From contig JAYZEG010000069.1 in the NCBI GenBank assembly GCA_036337435.1, positions 1 to 64,000 on the forward strand: a DNA stretch of 64,000 nucleotides, read 5' to 3'. Each line of letters begins with the position of its first letter. The stretch's first letter is position 1. This DNA comes from Myxococcota bacterium (GTDB lineage: Bacteria; Myxococcota_A; Bradymonadia; UBA7976; UBA1532). This document shows positions 39,292 through 49,061 of the stretch, piece after piece. Below the pieces are notes generated by a model. It ran no database searches. It was not told the origin of the DNA and was given only the letters and a program-made list of their open reading frames with translations. The translations under genes and the position numbers were made by a program.

Positions 39292-40089
39292 GTGTCGAAG
39301 TTGTTTTGGACCAGCTTAATCATCATCGCGCTGACGGTCTTGGTGATTCTTGCGTTCCAGCGGCGGATCCTATTTCCGACGCATCTCTTACCTGACGTGA
39401 GCAAAGACGACCGTCCCCCTCGAGGCATTGAGCAACTTTGGCTGGGACAGCCGAATGACGGTGTCGAAGCGTGGCTCATGAAACCCAAAGAGCCCCATCG
39501 GACGTCAATGCAGTCAATTGTCCTATTTTTCCATGGGAATGCCGAACTTATCGACGACCTGACCGACCATATCCGCCCCTATCTCGCCGCAGGATTGAGT
39601 GTGGCATTGATGGAATACCGCGGATATGGACGAAGTGCTGGCTCACCTAGCCAATCGGGACTCATCGATGATGCTGTCGAGTTGAGAGCGTTGCTGATAA
39701 ATCGATATGGATTTACAGCCGATCGATTCTATTATCATGGACGGTCCCTTGGCGGGGGGGTTGCGACAGGCCTGGCGAATCGTCATCCACCGAGAGGCCT
39801 GATCTTAGAGAGTACATTTGCCAGCATTCGGAGTATTGCTGCACGGATGCTGATCCCCGGTTTTCTTGTCCTCGATCCTTTCGATTCAGAGCGGGTACTC
39901 AAAACGTTAGACTGCCCCATTTTGATCATGCACGGCCGGTCCGATTCGATTGTTCCCGTGGCCCACGGTCAGAGACTTGCTGATGCATCGAAGGATGGCA
40001 TTCTGCAATTGTTTGATGCCGGGCATAATGACCTGTCCATGCACGCCGAGAGGTATTGGGCATCGATATTGGACTTCATTAAACGCTAA
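39292..40089 (+). CDS. Membrane-anchored alpha/beta hydrolase
   Basis: HGNAE, YRGYGRS, GRSLGG nucleophile elbow, HG..D, GHND; GTG at 39292 follows GGAGG. Confidence 0.9.
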   Translation: MSKLFWTSLIIIALTVLVILAFQRRILFPTHLLPDVSKDDRPPRGIEQLWLGQPNDGVEAWLMKPKEPHRTSMQSIVLFFHGNAELIDDLTDHIRPYLAAGLSVALMEYRGYGRSAGSPSQSGLIDDAVELRALLINRYGFTADRFYYHGRSLGGGVATGLANRHPPRGLILESTFASIRSIAARMLIPGFLVLDPFDSERVLKTLDCPILIMHGRSDSIVPVAHGQRLADASKDGILQLFDAGHNDLSMHAERYWASILDFIKR

Positions 40090-40220
40090 ATTTGCGAAAA
40101 TTGAGTGACAAATTGAACTCAGATGCACGAACGGACTTGTACACAGGCTTCGATTGCCTTATGTGGGCCTCGCACATTCGTTTTGAGTTGCTTGGTTTGA
40201 TGTATTTCTGTGGAGGCGTC

Positions 40221-41168
40221 GTGCGCATCTTAGTCGGAGATATCGGCGGGACAAATTCTCGTTTTGCCGTTTATGACGGGTCGTCGATCAGTCGCCTTGA
40301 GCTGTACTTGAACAAGGATGTTGACCAAATCGATGACCTTGTTGAAGACCTCGTCCGTCGTAATCCTGACGTCGCGGGCGTCAGCATCGGAATTGCCGGA
40401 CCCGTCCAGGACCAAACAGTCAGAATGCTGAATTTTGACTGGACCCTGTGTGGGGATGCTTTGTCTCATCGTCTCGATAAACCAGTGCTCTTACTCAATG
40501 ATTTCCACGCTCAAGCCTATGCCGTCCCTCATCTCAGTCCCCAATCCTGGATCCCGCTGGACGAAATACCGCAACCAGAAAGGCGGAACATCGCGGTCAT
40601 TGGGGCTGGAACAGGGCTAGGTGAGGCCATGTGTATCTGGACTGGCAATGAGTGGTTTCCTGTCGCGGGTGAGGGAAGTCATGTGCGGTTTGGACCGAAA
40701 GACGAACGCCAGATCCAAGTGTTGATCAAGTTGCTGGAGCGTTGGCCTGACCATGTCAGCGTTGAGCGCATTGTCAGCGGCCCGGGAATCGTCAATGTCT
40801 ACGATGTTCTCAGGGGTGAGGCGGCCATCCATCCATCTGTTGAAGAGAGCGATAATCGGGCTGCTGCAATCAGTAAATTAGCCCTTGAAAAAGGCTGTCC
40901 GATCGCCATCGAAACCATCGACATGTTTGTCGATGTATTGGCCGATGAAGCCGCGAGCCTCGCCCTGAAATGTGCTGCAGGTTCAGTTTATATCTCAGGT
41001 GGAATCCCGCCCAAGATCTTACCGATTGTCAAAGCGCGTTTCCGCGATGCTTTTCATCGAAAAGGCCGCTATCGGAATTACATGCAGGGCGTACCGATTC
41101 GGATCGTCACAGAGCCCTACTTGGGACTGATAGGTGCGGGCATCGCGGCACGCCGACAGCGGACTTGA
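40221..41168 (+). CDS. glk: Glucokinase
   Basis: GDIGGTNSRFA, IAGPV, LNDF.A, GAGTGLG, EGSH, ERIVSGPG, GGI.PK; GTG at 40221 follows GGAGG. Confidence 0.93.
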   Translation: MRILVGDIGGTNSRFAVYDGSSISRLELYLNKDVDQIDDLVEDLVRRNPDVAGVSIGIAGPVQDQTVRMLNFDWTLCGDALSHRLDKPVLLLNDFHAQAYAVPHLSPQSWIPLDEIPQPERRNIAVIGAGTGLGEAMCIWTGNEWFPVAGEGSHVRFGPKDERQIQVLIKLLERWPDHVSVERIVSGPGIVNVYDVLRGEAAIHPSVEESDNRAAAISKLALEKGCPIAIETIDMFVDVLADEAASLALKCAAGSVYISGGIPPKILPIVKARFRDAFHRKGRYRNYMQGVPIRIVTEPYLGLIGAGIAARRQRT

Positions 41169-41208
41169 GTGCTGGAGACGCATCTATAATCGCGCCGGGT
41201 TGCCTAAG

Positions 41209-42741
41209 TTAAACCACGATACAGTGACCACCACGCCTCGAGTCAGCCCCCCCGGTTAGGTCGCCGTTGGCCATTCGGGCTGCACAATTCACGCCCCCGA
41301 AAAACATGTGCGGCTTATTGAAGGGAACGAAGGCTTTTGTGTCGATACCGTCAAACCGTGCTCTTTGAGATTCGTCAAATATTTCGGCATTTAAAACGCC
41401 TGACTCATAGTGTAAACGCGGTGCTTTGACAGCATCGGCAGGCGCCATGTCTTCGTCGAGAATTCGTCCGAGAACTTGGAGGATAGCCGTCCGAATTCGG
41501 TTGGATCCGCCCGTTCCCATGACAAACATAGATCCATCGTCTGCTGAGACGATCGTTGGCGACATCATCGTCGCCAATCGTTGACCAGGCGTTGCCGTGC
41601 CAAGTCCCTTAGGCAAGAGATCTTCTTCGCCCAGAAAATTGTTCATCATGATGCCGGTGTTCCCAATTGGCCGTCCGTTACTCTCCCCATGACTGAAGGT
41701 GACGCCCACAGCATTTCCCGCAGCATCCACGACACTGATGTGTGTGGTACACGATGGTCCTCCAGATTGGCTCGGTCCTTGAACAGAGCCCGTGACTCGT
41801 TCCAGATAGTCTCGCCTGCACCATTCACGATCTGTATCATCGTTCTTAAGTCGTCCGTGTAATCTTGCGCAGTCCGCAGTCGCCATGGCGGCACAGAGGC
41901 GTCGTTCTCGGGTGGCCGCTGCGGATGCGTCAAGCTTGAAGAGCTGACGCATTAATCCAATCATAGGCCCACCCGCAGCAGGGAGTGGAATCGTGTGGAG
42001 TTGACCGCCTCCTGCATCGAGCACCAGCGGGAGACGTTCGATGACAGCGTAATCGTTCAAGTCTTCGGCAGTGAGTAAACCGCCATTATCGGGCCCAAAT
42101 TGGTCTAGAATGAGATTGCGAAAGTGGCCCCCGTAGAATGTTTTCCAGCCTTGGTCAGCCATGTCTTCGAGCGTGTCGGCCAACACGGGAAGTCTGAATC
42201 GAGTGCCAATATCTAAATAGTCGCCCTCGGGTGCAAAAATCGCTCGGCTCGCGGCTGTCTCCGTCAAGATCGGCTTTAAAAATTGGGCGAGAGCGGCTTG
42301 CCCTGCACCGATGACAGCTCCATTTCTGAGGAGTGCGCAGGCGGGTTTAATGACCTCCGAGAGTGGTTGTGTTCCCCACCGCTCAAGCGCGAGACATAAT
42401 CCAGGTATAACCCCCGGCACCCCTGCCGCGCCTTGGCCTACATAGAATTTTTGAGTTGTAGGCCCATAGTCCAGTTTGATGGGGTAGAAATCAAGATGAG
42501 GAACCTCTCCTTGGGCCAGCCTAGGCGCGTTCCCAAAAAAATCATGGACAATGGTCTGACCCGTCCGAGCAGAATGAACCATCATCATTCCGCCACCAGC
42601 AAGACTGGTCAGAGTGGGTTCTCCAGCCGCTACGGCAAAGCAGGCGCCCACGGCGGCATCGATTGCATTGCCGCCATTGGCTAAGATTTTTGCACCCGTC
42701 TCTGCTGTTGGGGTCGAACCTGCGGAAATCACGCCGTACAC
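41209..42741 (-). CDS. ggt: Gamma-glutamyltransferase family protein
   Basis: GGNAIDAAV, SLAGGG, TTHISVVD..GN (Thr nucleophile), NNFLG, MMSPT, GGS.RI, D.RRGG. Confidence 0.9.
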   Translation of the reverse strand: MYGVISAGSTPTAETGAKILANGGNAIDAAVGACFAVAAGEPTLTSLAGGGMMMVHSARTGQTIVHDFFGNAPRLAQGEVPHLDFYPIKLDYGPTTQKFYVGQGAAGVPGVIPGLCLALERWGTQPLSEVIKPACALLRNGAVIGAGQAALAQFLKPILTETAASRAIFAPEGDYLDIGTRFRLPVLADTLEDMADQGWKTFYGGHFRNLILDQFGPDNGGLLTAEDLNDYAVIERLPLVLDAGGGQLHTIPLPAAGGPMIGLMRQLFKLDASAAATRERRLCAAMATADCARLHGRLKNDDTDREWCRRDYLERVTGSVQGPSQSGGPSCTTHISVVDAAGNAVGVTFSHGESNGRPIGNTGIMMNNFLGEEDLLPKGLGTATPGQRLATMMSPTIVSADDGSMFVMGTGGSNRIRTAILQVLGRILDEDMAPADAVKAPRLHYESGVLNAEIFDESQRARFDGIDTKAFVPFNKPHMFFGGVNCAARMANGDLTGGADSRRGGHCIVV

Positions 42742-42923
42742 AGTAGTCTATCTCCTACGAAGTCCCTGGCTATAAACTTGATGAACCATCGGCACCGATG
42801 TCCCGTCAAGGACTATCGGCGAGTCGGTCTATATTCTCACTTTAACCGAGGTACAAATCAGTCGTGCCTCGGCGCGGAGCCGGATGGTCGTTGGTCCATT
42901 GAGAATTTGTGCTGTGTGTCGGG

Positions 42924-43712
42924 CTAGTTGTCAGTATCGTCGTTGGTTCGGGCTCTTTGAGCGAGGCTTTTCATTAAGCGCTCCCAGTAGTGTTCAGTTG
43001 ATTCATTGAACTCGGTGTCGTCGGGCCCGTTGGGCGCTTCGGTCTCTGGAGGCCGCGCACGGCTCACGCTCGCACCCTTCAAATTGGCACCATCGAGGCG
43101 AGCACCGCGAAGATCAGCACCCCTGAGGTCGGCGTCTCTCAAATCTGCTGCGCGCAGGTCTGCGCCAGCGAGATTGATTCGCTTCGCGCGCAGACCGTTT
43201 AGATCAACCCCCGATAGGTCGGCTTGCTTGAGCTTACCTAGACTGGCTCCGGTTAACCCGCGCGCCGCCACCGCTTCCAGTTTTTTATTGGCAGCGCGCA
43301 GTCTTCGCACCAAGATCGATGAAAGATTCTTATAGAACTTTTGAAGAATGGGGTGATCGACGTTCTTGACGAGATCTGCCTCCACAATCAAGACCACTCC
43401 ATCGCCACGTGCCACGACGCGAGCCGACCGAGGGGCCCCATCCACCATCGCCATTTCTCCGACTGTAGACCCAGGCTCTAAAAGGGCCAAGACCTCGGGT
43501 CCATCATGATGGTCACGAACGACTTCAGCTCGACCGCTGATGATAATGAAAATACTGGTCGTTTTGTCATTTTCATGAACAAGGATATCCCCATTTGTGA
43601 ATCCTTTTTTCTTCGCGAATTGCAAAAGGTCTAAGATTTCCTCATCTCGGAAATCATCGAAGAGCAGCACGCGTTCACGCAATATGCGAAGTCGATCAGC
43701 ACTTAATTTCAT
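42924..43712 (-). CDS. Cyclic-nucleotide-binding domain plus pentapeptide-repeat protein
   Basis: GEMAMVDGAPRSARVVA phosphate-binding cassette; ADLRA-ADLRD-ADLRG-ADLRG-ARLDG-ANLKG repeats. Confidence 0.88.
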   Translation of the reverse strand: MKLSADRLRILRERVLLFDDFRDEEILDLLQFAKKKGFTNGDILVHENDKTTSIFIIISGRAEVVRDHHDGPEVLALLEPGSTVGEMAMVDGAPRSARVVARGDGVVLIVEADLVKNVDHPILQKFYKNLSSILVRRLRAANKKLEAVAARGLTGASLGKLKQADLSGVDLNGLRAKRINLAGADLRAADLRDADLRGADLRGARLDGANLKGASVSRARPPETEAPNGPDDTEFNESTEHYWERLMKSLAQRARTNDDTDN

Positions 43713-43927
43713 CAACTAATCCGCAGTCATTCTGAGGGTTCGATTTTTCTAACGATTTTCTTACAGCACGCGGACGCTTGCTGTCAATATCGTGTTTAAA
43801 CTCCCATCCGAAGCGATTCCAGGTCGGTTTGGCATATGGCGTGCACAGCCGAATTCGCCCACCATCGCCATGAATCTTAAAGCCAACGCCTCGGCTCAAA
43901 GTGACCTCCCATAGACGGGTGTCAGCA

Positions 43928-46912
43928 TTATTCATCGGTATCGGGCGCAAAACCCCGTCGGAGGGTGTTTTCGGTGATGGTAAACGGATCTAGGAAATGA
44001 AGTAAGTAATCTGGCCCGCCTGCTTTCGTGCCCCCACCGCTCATTTGACCGCCGCCGAACGGCTGACGGCCGACAACGGCCCCCGTGATGGTCCGGTTTA
44101 TGTACAAATTACCAACTCTAAGCTCGCGCCTTGCCGTCTCAATTCGGCTTGGTGACCGACTAAACAAGCCCCCAGTCAGTGCATAATCGGTGTCATTGAG
44201 TACGGCAACGGCGTCTTCAAAACTGTCCACCTTGATCAACACAATGAGGGGACCAAAAAATTCATCTTGTGCAAGTGGATCTTTTGGATCGACGGGCCCG
44301 ATGATTGTCGGCCCAACAAAAAAGCCCTCCGTCGGTTTGCTCTCTTGCTGGAAAATGATCGGAACCCCACGCTGAGCTGCGTCATCGATGGCAGCGTCTA
44401 GCCGGTTTTGAGATTCTCGATCGATAAGTGGACCTAACGCGCTGCCCGCGTCAGTCGGTTGGCCGACCTGAAGGCTGCGTGTCGCTTCGACAAGCCTGGG
44501 TACAAACGCATCGTAGTTCTCACTCAGGATAATCACTCGGCTACATGCACTGCATTTCTGTCCTCCGAAGCTAAATGCGGAATGAATGACGCCGAGTACG
44601 GCCTCGTCTAAGTCTGCATCGCTATCAACGATGATTGCGTTCTTACCGCCCATCTCGCAGACGACCCTTTTTAATGCAGCTTGCCCTCGATGGGTTTGGC
44701 CTGCAGCTTCCCAAATAGACAGTCCGACTGAACGACTGCCCGTAAAGACCACATTTGCGACATCGGCATGTCTGACCAGATAATCACCGACGACTTCACC
44801 GCGACCAGGTAGGAAATGAAGTACATCTGGGGGAATTCCTACATCCAAGGCAATCTTCATGAATTCAGCGGCGATTGCCATGGATTGTTCGGCTGGTTTA
44901 CCAATCACTGTGTTGCCTGTGACCAGTGCAGCACTCACCATTCCACAGTAGATGGCCAGTGGAAAGTTCCAGGGTGCGATGACGACAGTCACACCTCGAC
45001 CACGATAGGCTAGATGGTTCAACTCACCGGGTAAATTCTGCATCAATCGGGGCTTGCTGAGTCTCAGCATTTCACGGCCATAATATTCGCAAAAGTCGAT
45101 TGCCTCCGCGGTATCTGCATCTGCTTCACGCCACGTTTTGCCCACTTCTAGTACCATCAGGGCCGAGAGCTGATCTCGTTTTTGACGCATCGCATCAGCG
45201 AGTTTGAACAGGAGCAGGGCACGCGTGCGGGCCGCTGTTTTCTGCCATTCTGGAAATGCGGTTTTTGCTCGTTCTAAAGCCTGATTTGCTTCGTCGATTC
45301 CGGCGAGGTGTACAGTTGCAATGGATGATGACGGATTCGCCGGATCAACACTGTCGAGTGTACTGCCAGTCTCGACGGTCTCCCCTGAAATCACAGGGCC
45401 AAGGACACCACCAATGCTGTCCTGGACTTGGTTTAACGCGTCGCGGAATTCGCGTCTGGCACTCGCTTTTGTAAAATCTCGAAGCGGTTCATTCAAAAGT
45501 GGCCCTGGTTCAGCGACATCAGTACATCCATCCGGCACTTTCCTGAGCATTGGGTCATGATCAGTTGCTGTTGGTTTGGCGAGCAGTTGGTCAACGGATA
45601 GGTTGTCGTTGAACCCCTGACGCAGCCAGCTCTCATTACTGGTATTTTCCAAGAGCCGTCTGACCAAATAAGCCATCCCTGGAATGAGTTCACCGACGGG
45701 CGAATACACACGTACTCGGTGACCTCTCTCGATACACGCAGCTTTGATCGGTTCGGCCATGCCGTACAGACACTGTATTTCATAGGCATTGGGTGCCAAG
45801 CCGAGTGCTTCCGCAGTCGCGATGGAATGCGCGAGGCTCCTGACATTGTGACTGCCGATTGCACTGCGAATGTATTGATGATTTTTAAGCATGAGTGCCG
45901 CGCATTTTTCAAAGCAAACGTCCGAGTCCCCTTTATTGAGCCAGACCGGGCTTGCCCAACCTTCTTGGGCTGCTTTTACGGTCTCATAATCCCAATAGGC
46001 CCCTTTGACGAGTCGCACGGTGATGCGTTTGTTGGTGAGCCTCGCCCAGCCGATCAGTGACTCCAGATCCGACACCGCCTGACGATGGTAGGCTTGGATG
46101 ACAACGCCGGCGTCGTCAAAGCCATCTAGGCTAGGATCCTCCAAAACACGTTGGAATAAGGCGAGGGTGATGTCCTTACAGTTGTGCTGCTCCATATCTA
46201 AATTCAGGAACACGCCTTTGGCTTTTGCTTTCTGAAATAAAGGTAGAAGACGTTGAGCCGCAGCCTCCACGCTTCGATCGAAGTCCAGCGGGTCGAACTG
46301 GCTGTACATGGCACTGACTTTGATGGAGATGTTAACTCGCGGGATGATCCCTTTGTCGTCATAATCGAGGCATTCTGATTCTTTCCAGTTTGCACATTCA
46401 GCGGCGAGGCCATCGATTAAGGCAGCGTAGCGAGCCGCGTATTCGGCCGCTTCAACCTCGCTTACCGTGGCTTCGCCAAGAAGGTCTACGGTAAACGCCT
46501 GCGTTTGTTTTCGAAGCTCACGGAGGGTCGGCAGTGCGCTGGCCGCGTCGGTCCCCACGATAAAGTTCTTGGCCATACCTTCAAGGTTTTTTGTGATTTG
46601 GGCTGTTGCCATGCGCATGGCCATCTTGCCAAGATTTGCGCTCTTTAGTGCCAGTTTGATGACCGTCGGTACTTTAATCCCAGGCTTGAGTAGATACTCT
46701 CGAATGTGCCTGTTGACTTCTTCGGGCGATGTCAAGACGGGAAATACATCGACAAATCTGAACATTTCAGTTTTGAAATCTGGATCCTTCATCGCCCATT
46801 CGAGGATTTGTCCACTCCACCAGGCCTTGTTGAAAACACCGGGCGTATTTCCACGCATCCGGCGGAACAAATCTTCTCCAATTTCCCGAATTCGGGCTTC
46901 AGTTGCAGCCAT
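43928..46912 (-). CDS. putA: Bifunctional proline dehydrogenase / P5C dehydrogenase (no RHH DNA-binding domain)
   Basis: FRFVDV.P, DLLGEA, LDME, VRLVKGAYWDYE, QCLYGM, YLVRRLLEN, PWNFP, EMGGKNA, GQKCSACSR, EFFGP. Confidence 0.96.
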   Translation of the reverse strand: MAATEARIREIGEDLFRRMRGNTPGVFNKAWWSGQILEWAMKDPDFKTEMFRFVDVFPVLTSPEEVNRHIREYLLKPGIKVPTVIKLALKSANLGKMAMRMATAQITKNLEGMAKNFIVGTDAASALPTLRELRKQTQAFTVDLLGEATVSEVEAAEYAARYAALIDGLAAECANWKESECLDYDDKGIIPRVNISIKVSAMYSQFDPLDFDRSVEAAAQRLLPLFQKAKAKGVFLNLDMEQHNCKDITLALFQRVLEDPSLDGFDDAGVVIQAYHRQAVSDLESLIGWARLTNKRITVRLVKGAYWDYETVKAAQEGWASPVWLNKGDSDVCFEKCAALMLKNHQYIRSAIGSHNVRSLAHSIATAEALGLAPNAYEIQCLYGMAEPIKAACIERGHRVRVYSPVGELIPGMAYLVRRLLENTSNESWLRQGFNDNLSVDQLLAKPTATDHDPMLRKVPDGCTDVAEPGPLLNEPLRDFTKASARREFRDALNQVQDSIGGVLGPVISGETVETGSTLDSVDPANPSSSIATVHLAGIDEANQALERAKTAFPEWQKTAARTRALLLFKLADAMRQKRDQLSALMVLEVGKTWREADADTAEAIDFCEYYGREMLRLSKPRLMQNLPGELNHLAYRGRGVTVVIAPWNFPLAIYCGMVSAALVTGNTVIGKPAEQSMAIAAEFMKIALDVGIPPDVLHFLPGRGEVVGDYLVRHADVANVVFTGSRSVGLSIWEAAGQTHRGQAALKRVVCEMGGKNAIIVDSDADLDEAVLGVIHSAFSFGGQKCSACSRVIILSENYDAFVPRLVEATRSLQVGQPTDAGSALGPLIDRESQNRLDAAIDDAAQRGVPIIFQQESKPTEGFFVGPTIIGPVDPKDPLAQDEFFGPLIVLIKVDSFEDAVAVLNDTDYALTGGLFSRSPSRIETARRELRVGNLYINRTITGAVVGRQPFGGGQMSGGGTKAGGPDYLLHFLDPFTITENTLRRGFAPDTDE

Positions 46913-47131
46913 GCCCTCTCCGAACTCGCTAGATGCTTCTCTAGCGGATAAAAATTTCTCAGTCTCTCCAATCTTAGTCCCAGGTTGATGCCCACGCAAT
47001 CTAACTTCTGGTCTAAAAAGTGACTCAAAATGTAGTTACTAAGGCGGATGGGGACGCGATCATCCAACTTTTGGCGTCGGCCTTTTAATTGATTTTTCGG
47101 CGTTTTAAGATGTGCTGTACCATCGCGCTTG

Positions 47132-47147
47132 TGGCACCTGAGTTGCA
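47132..47147 (+). promoter_or_regulatory. Sigma-54 (-24/-12) promoter
   Basis: TGGCAC-CTGAG-TTGCA matches TGGCAC-N5-TTGCW with GG-N10-GC spacing; intergenic and oriented toward the ECF sigma gene. Confidence 0.65.
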
Positions 47148-47361
47148 CCACCACGGGACCGAATTTGAACACGAGGTGATTTTTTGAGGCAGTTCATTCC
47201 ATTCGAGTTTCAAACCCACCAAACCAAGCCTCAAAAGAACCTGTGATGCGACGAAAGATGATGCTTTTTCAATGCTTCAACGGCTGCGGCCGATGGAGAT
47301 CGAATGTTGGGACGAGGCGATTTGTGACACTTTGGTTCTGCCTCGACTCTAGATTGGTGTC

Positions 47362-47949
47362 ATGAATTCGGAAAACTCAGCGAGCGACGATCTGGCCTTC
47401 GCCCGAGCATTATCCGATGCCGAAGCAACAGCCGTATTGGAATTTGATTCCAAGTATCGGCCTGTGATTCTGCATGCATTTAATCGGGCCTTCGCACGTT
47501 GGAGGCCTTCGCAGCCGGTGGAGGCGGATGATTATGTCCAAGATTTTATTGGATTTTTGTTCGATGACCAGGGGCGGCGTCTCCGAACTTATTCAGGGCG
47601 CGCACGCTTTACCACTTGGCTCTCTACGGTCGCGCTTCGATATTTTCAGCGGCAGTTCTCAAAACGAAGCCGAGATCGTCGTGGTCATGTCACACTTGCG
47701 TTGGTACCAGACCTGGATACCGTCACTCCAGAAGACCATGCCGCTCAGGTTCAGTCCGTCTCCATGCTCAAGCAAGCCATCGCTGGCCTGCCGGAACATG
47801 AGCAGCTTTGTCTCAAACTCTTTTATGTCGATGGTCTCAACGCCACGGACGTGGCCCTGGCAACGGGCCAAAGTAAATCAGCCATCAGGATGCGCAAAAT
47901 GAGGATTTTGGACAAACTGCGTGTTTTGCTCGAGGACGGGGGGGGTTGA
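47362..47949 (+). CDS. ECF-type sigma-70 factor
   Basis: Region 2 (ADDYVQD...YSGRARFTTWLSTVA) and region 4 (AIAGLP...LKLFY.DGL...DVA...SAIRMR). Confidence 0.9.
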   Translation: MNSENSASDDLAFARALSDAEATAVLEFDSKYRPVILHAFNRAFARWRPSQPVEADDYVQDFIGFLFDDQGRRLRTYSGRARFTTWLSTVALRYFQRQFSKRSRDRRGHVTLALVPDLDTVTPEDHAAQVQSVSMLKQAIAGLPEHEQLCLKLFYVDGLNATDVALATGQSKSAIRMRKMRILDKLRVLLEDGGG

Positions 47950-49061
47950 TGGGAATGAACCAACTAGAGCATGATTTGGCGGCTGCACTGAAAGACCATG
48001 ACGTTGTTGGCGAGCCCCTCAGTGATGAGCGATTCGCTGAAATTGTCGAAGGCGCGGAGATGACCGCAGCTGAAGCGAAATACCTTTTAGGCTGCCAGGA
48101 ATCTCGTGAGCTCCTGGTCTTATTGGGGCAGACATTGGCCGAACTGGAGCCCATTGAAAGACAGCCAAGACCGCCCTCATTTACGTCCCCCACGCCACCG
48201 AAGAGACCGTCCGTCGCCGACGATGGTTTAGGTCGGGGAAGAAAACGCGCATCGGTGGTGTCAGCGAGTGTCTTCTTGTGCGCAGCCCTTGCTTTTGCCG
48301 GTGTAGGCTATGTTGGCTATCAGGTGTTGGTCAAACGCGATGTCGAGCCTACCCTGAAGACAAAGGTTCGACCCGAAACAGGTCAGGCTGTCCCGACGTC
48401 TGGCAACTCTTCGCGTCAAACGTCACCGTCGAAGTCCAATCTAATCAAGGAAGACGAGAGCCGGGTCGCTGAGGGCCAGTCCATACGACCGAGGACTGCA
48501 CAGGCTGGTTTAAGGGTCGAGAGCCGTACGCACCGGTCGGATGAAAACCGCAAGCCGACAGACCGCCAACACACCTCAGGCCCTAAATCGAAGGGTCTTA
48601 AAAGACCATCGAAGATGACAAGAACAATGGGCTCAGCGCGCACACGCTCATCAGTTCAAAGTGAAAATAAAAAGCCTCATTCGCAGCCAAACAGGGCGTC
48701 GAAACCCAAGGTGAAAAACACAAAGAGCGTTTTTGAGGCGCGTTTGGGCACGCAACGCTTGGAACAGAGACGCGGCCCGATCGAGGTGACACGGCAGGCT
48801 GTTTCAGGACCGAGTCGAGGATTTGGGCAACTCCGGTTAAACAGTAAACCCGCAGCGGAAGTATTCATTGACGGACTTAGGCGCGGCTGGACGCCGATTA
48901 TCGATCTCAGACTCCAAGCTGGGCCGCACGACGTCAAGCTGGTCTACAGAAGTCCGCTCGCCGATAAGACTGAAGAGCGATTCAGGGTGATCATTAAAGC
49001 GGACCAAACCTGGGGCACAGTCCGTGACAATCGAAAAAAAGTAGATGAGTCGGTTAAATAG
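47949..49061 (+). CDS. Putative anti-sigma factor: one TM, low-complexity linker, C-terminal PEGA domain
   Basis: TGATG coupling to the ECF gene; ZAS-like YLLGCQESR; TM helix; G.LRLNSKP.AEVFIDG...G.TP...L.AGPH.V.L. Confidence 0.75.
   Translation: MGMNQLEHDLAAALKDHDVVGEPLSDERFAEIVEGAEMTAAEAKYLLGCQESRELLVLLGQTLAELEPIERQPRPPSFTSPTPPKRPSVADDGLGRGRKRASVVSASVFLCAALAFAGVGYVGYQVLVKRDVEPTLKTKVRPETGQAVPTSGNSSRQTSPSKSNLIKEDESRVAEGQSIRPRTAQAGLRVESRTHRSDENRKPTDRQHTSGPKSKGLKRPSKMTRTMGSARTRSSVQSENKKPHSQPNRASKPKVKNTKSVFEARLGTQRLEQRRGPIEVTRQAVSGPSRGFGQLRLNSKPAAEVFIDGLRRGWTPIIDLRLQAGPHDVKLVYRSPLADKTEERFRVIIKADQTWGTVRDNRKKVDESVK

Noticed and set aside
43696..43950. 84-aa minus-strand ORF between putA and the cNMP gene (a GGGAGG precedes an internal TTG)
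   Set aside because: It overlaps both neighbours and has no recognisable motif; it may be real but is unsupported.
47142..47147. GTTGCA as a PutA autoregulatory operator
   Set aside because: This PutA lacks the N-terminal ribbon-helix-helix domain; the hexamer is better explained as part of the sigma-54 -12 element.
47323..47347. TGTGACA...CGAC as an ECF autoregulatory promoter
   Set aside because: The 14-nt spacer is short for typical ECF promoters, and the ECF group is unknown.
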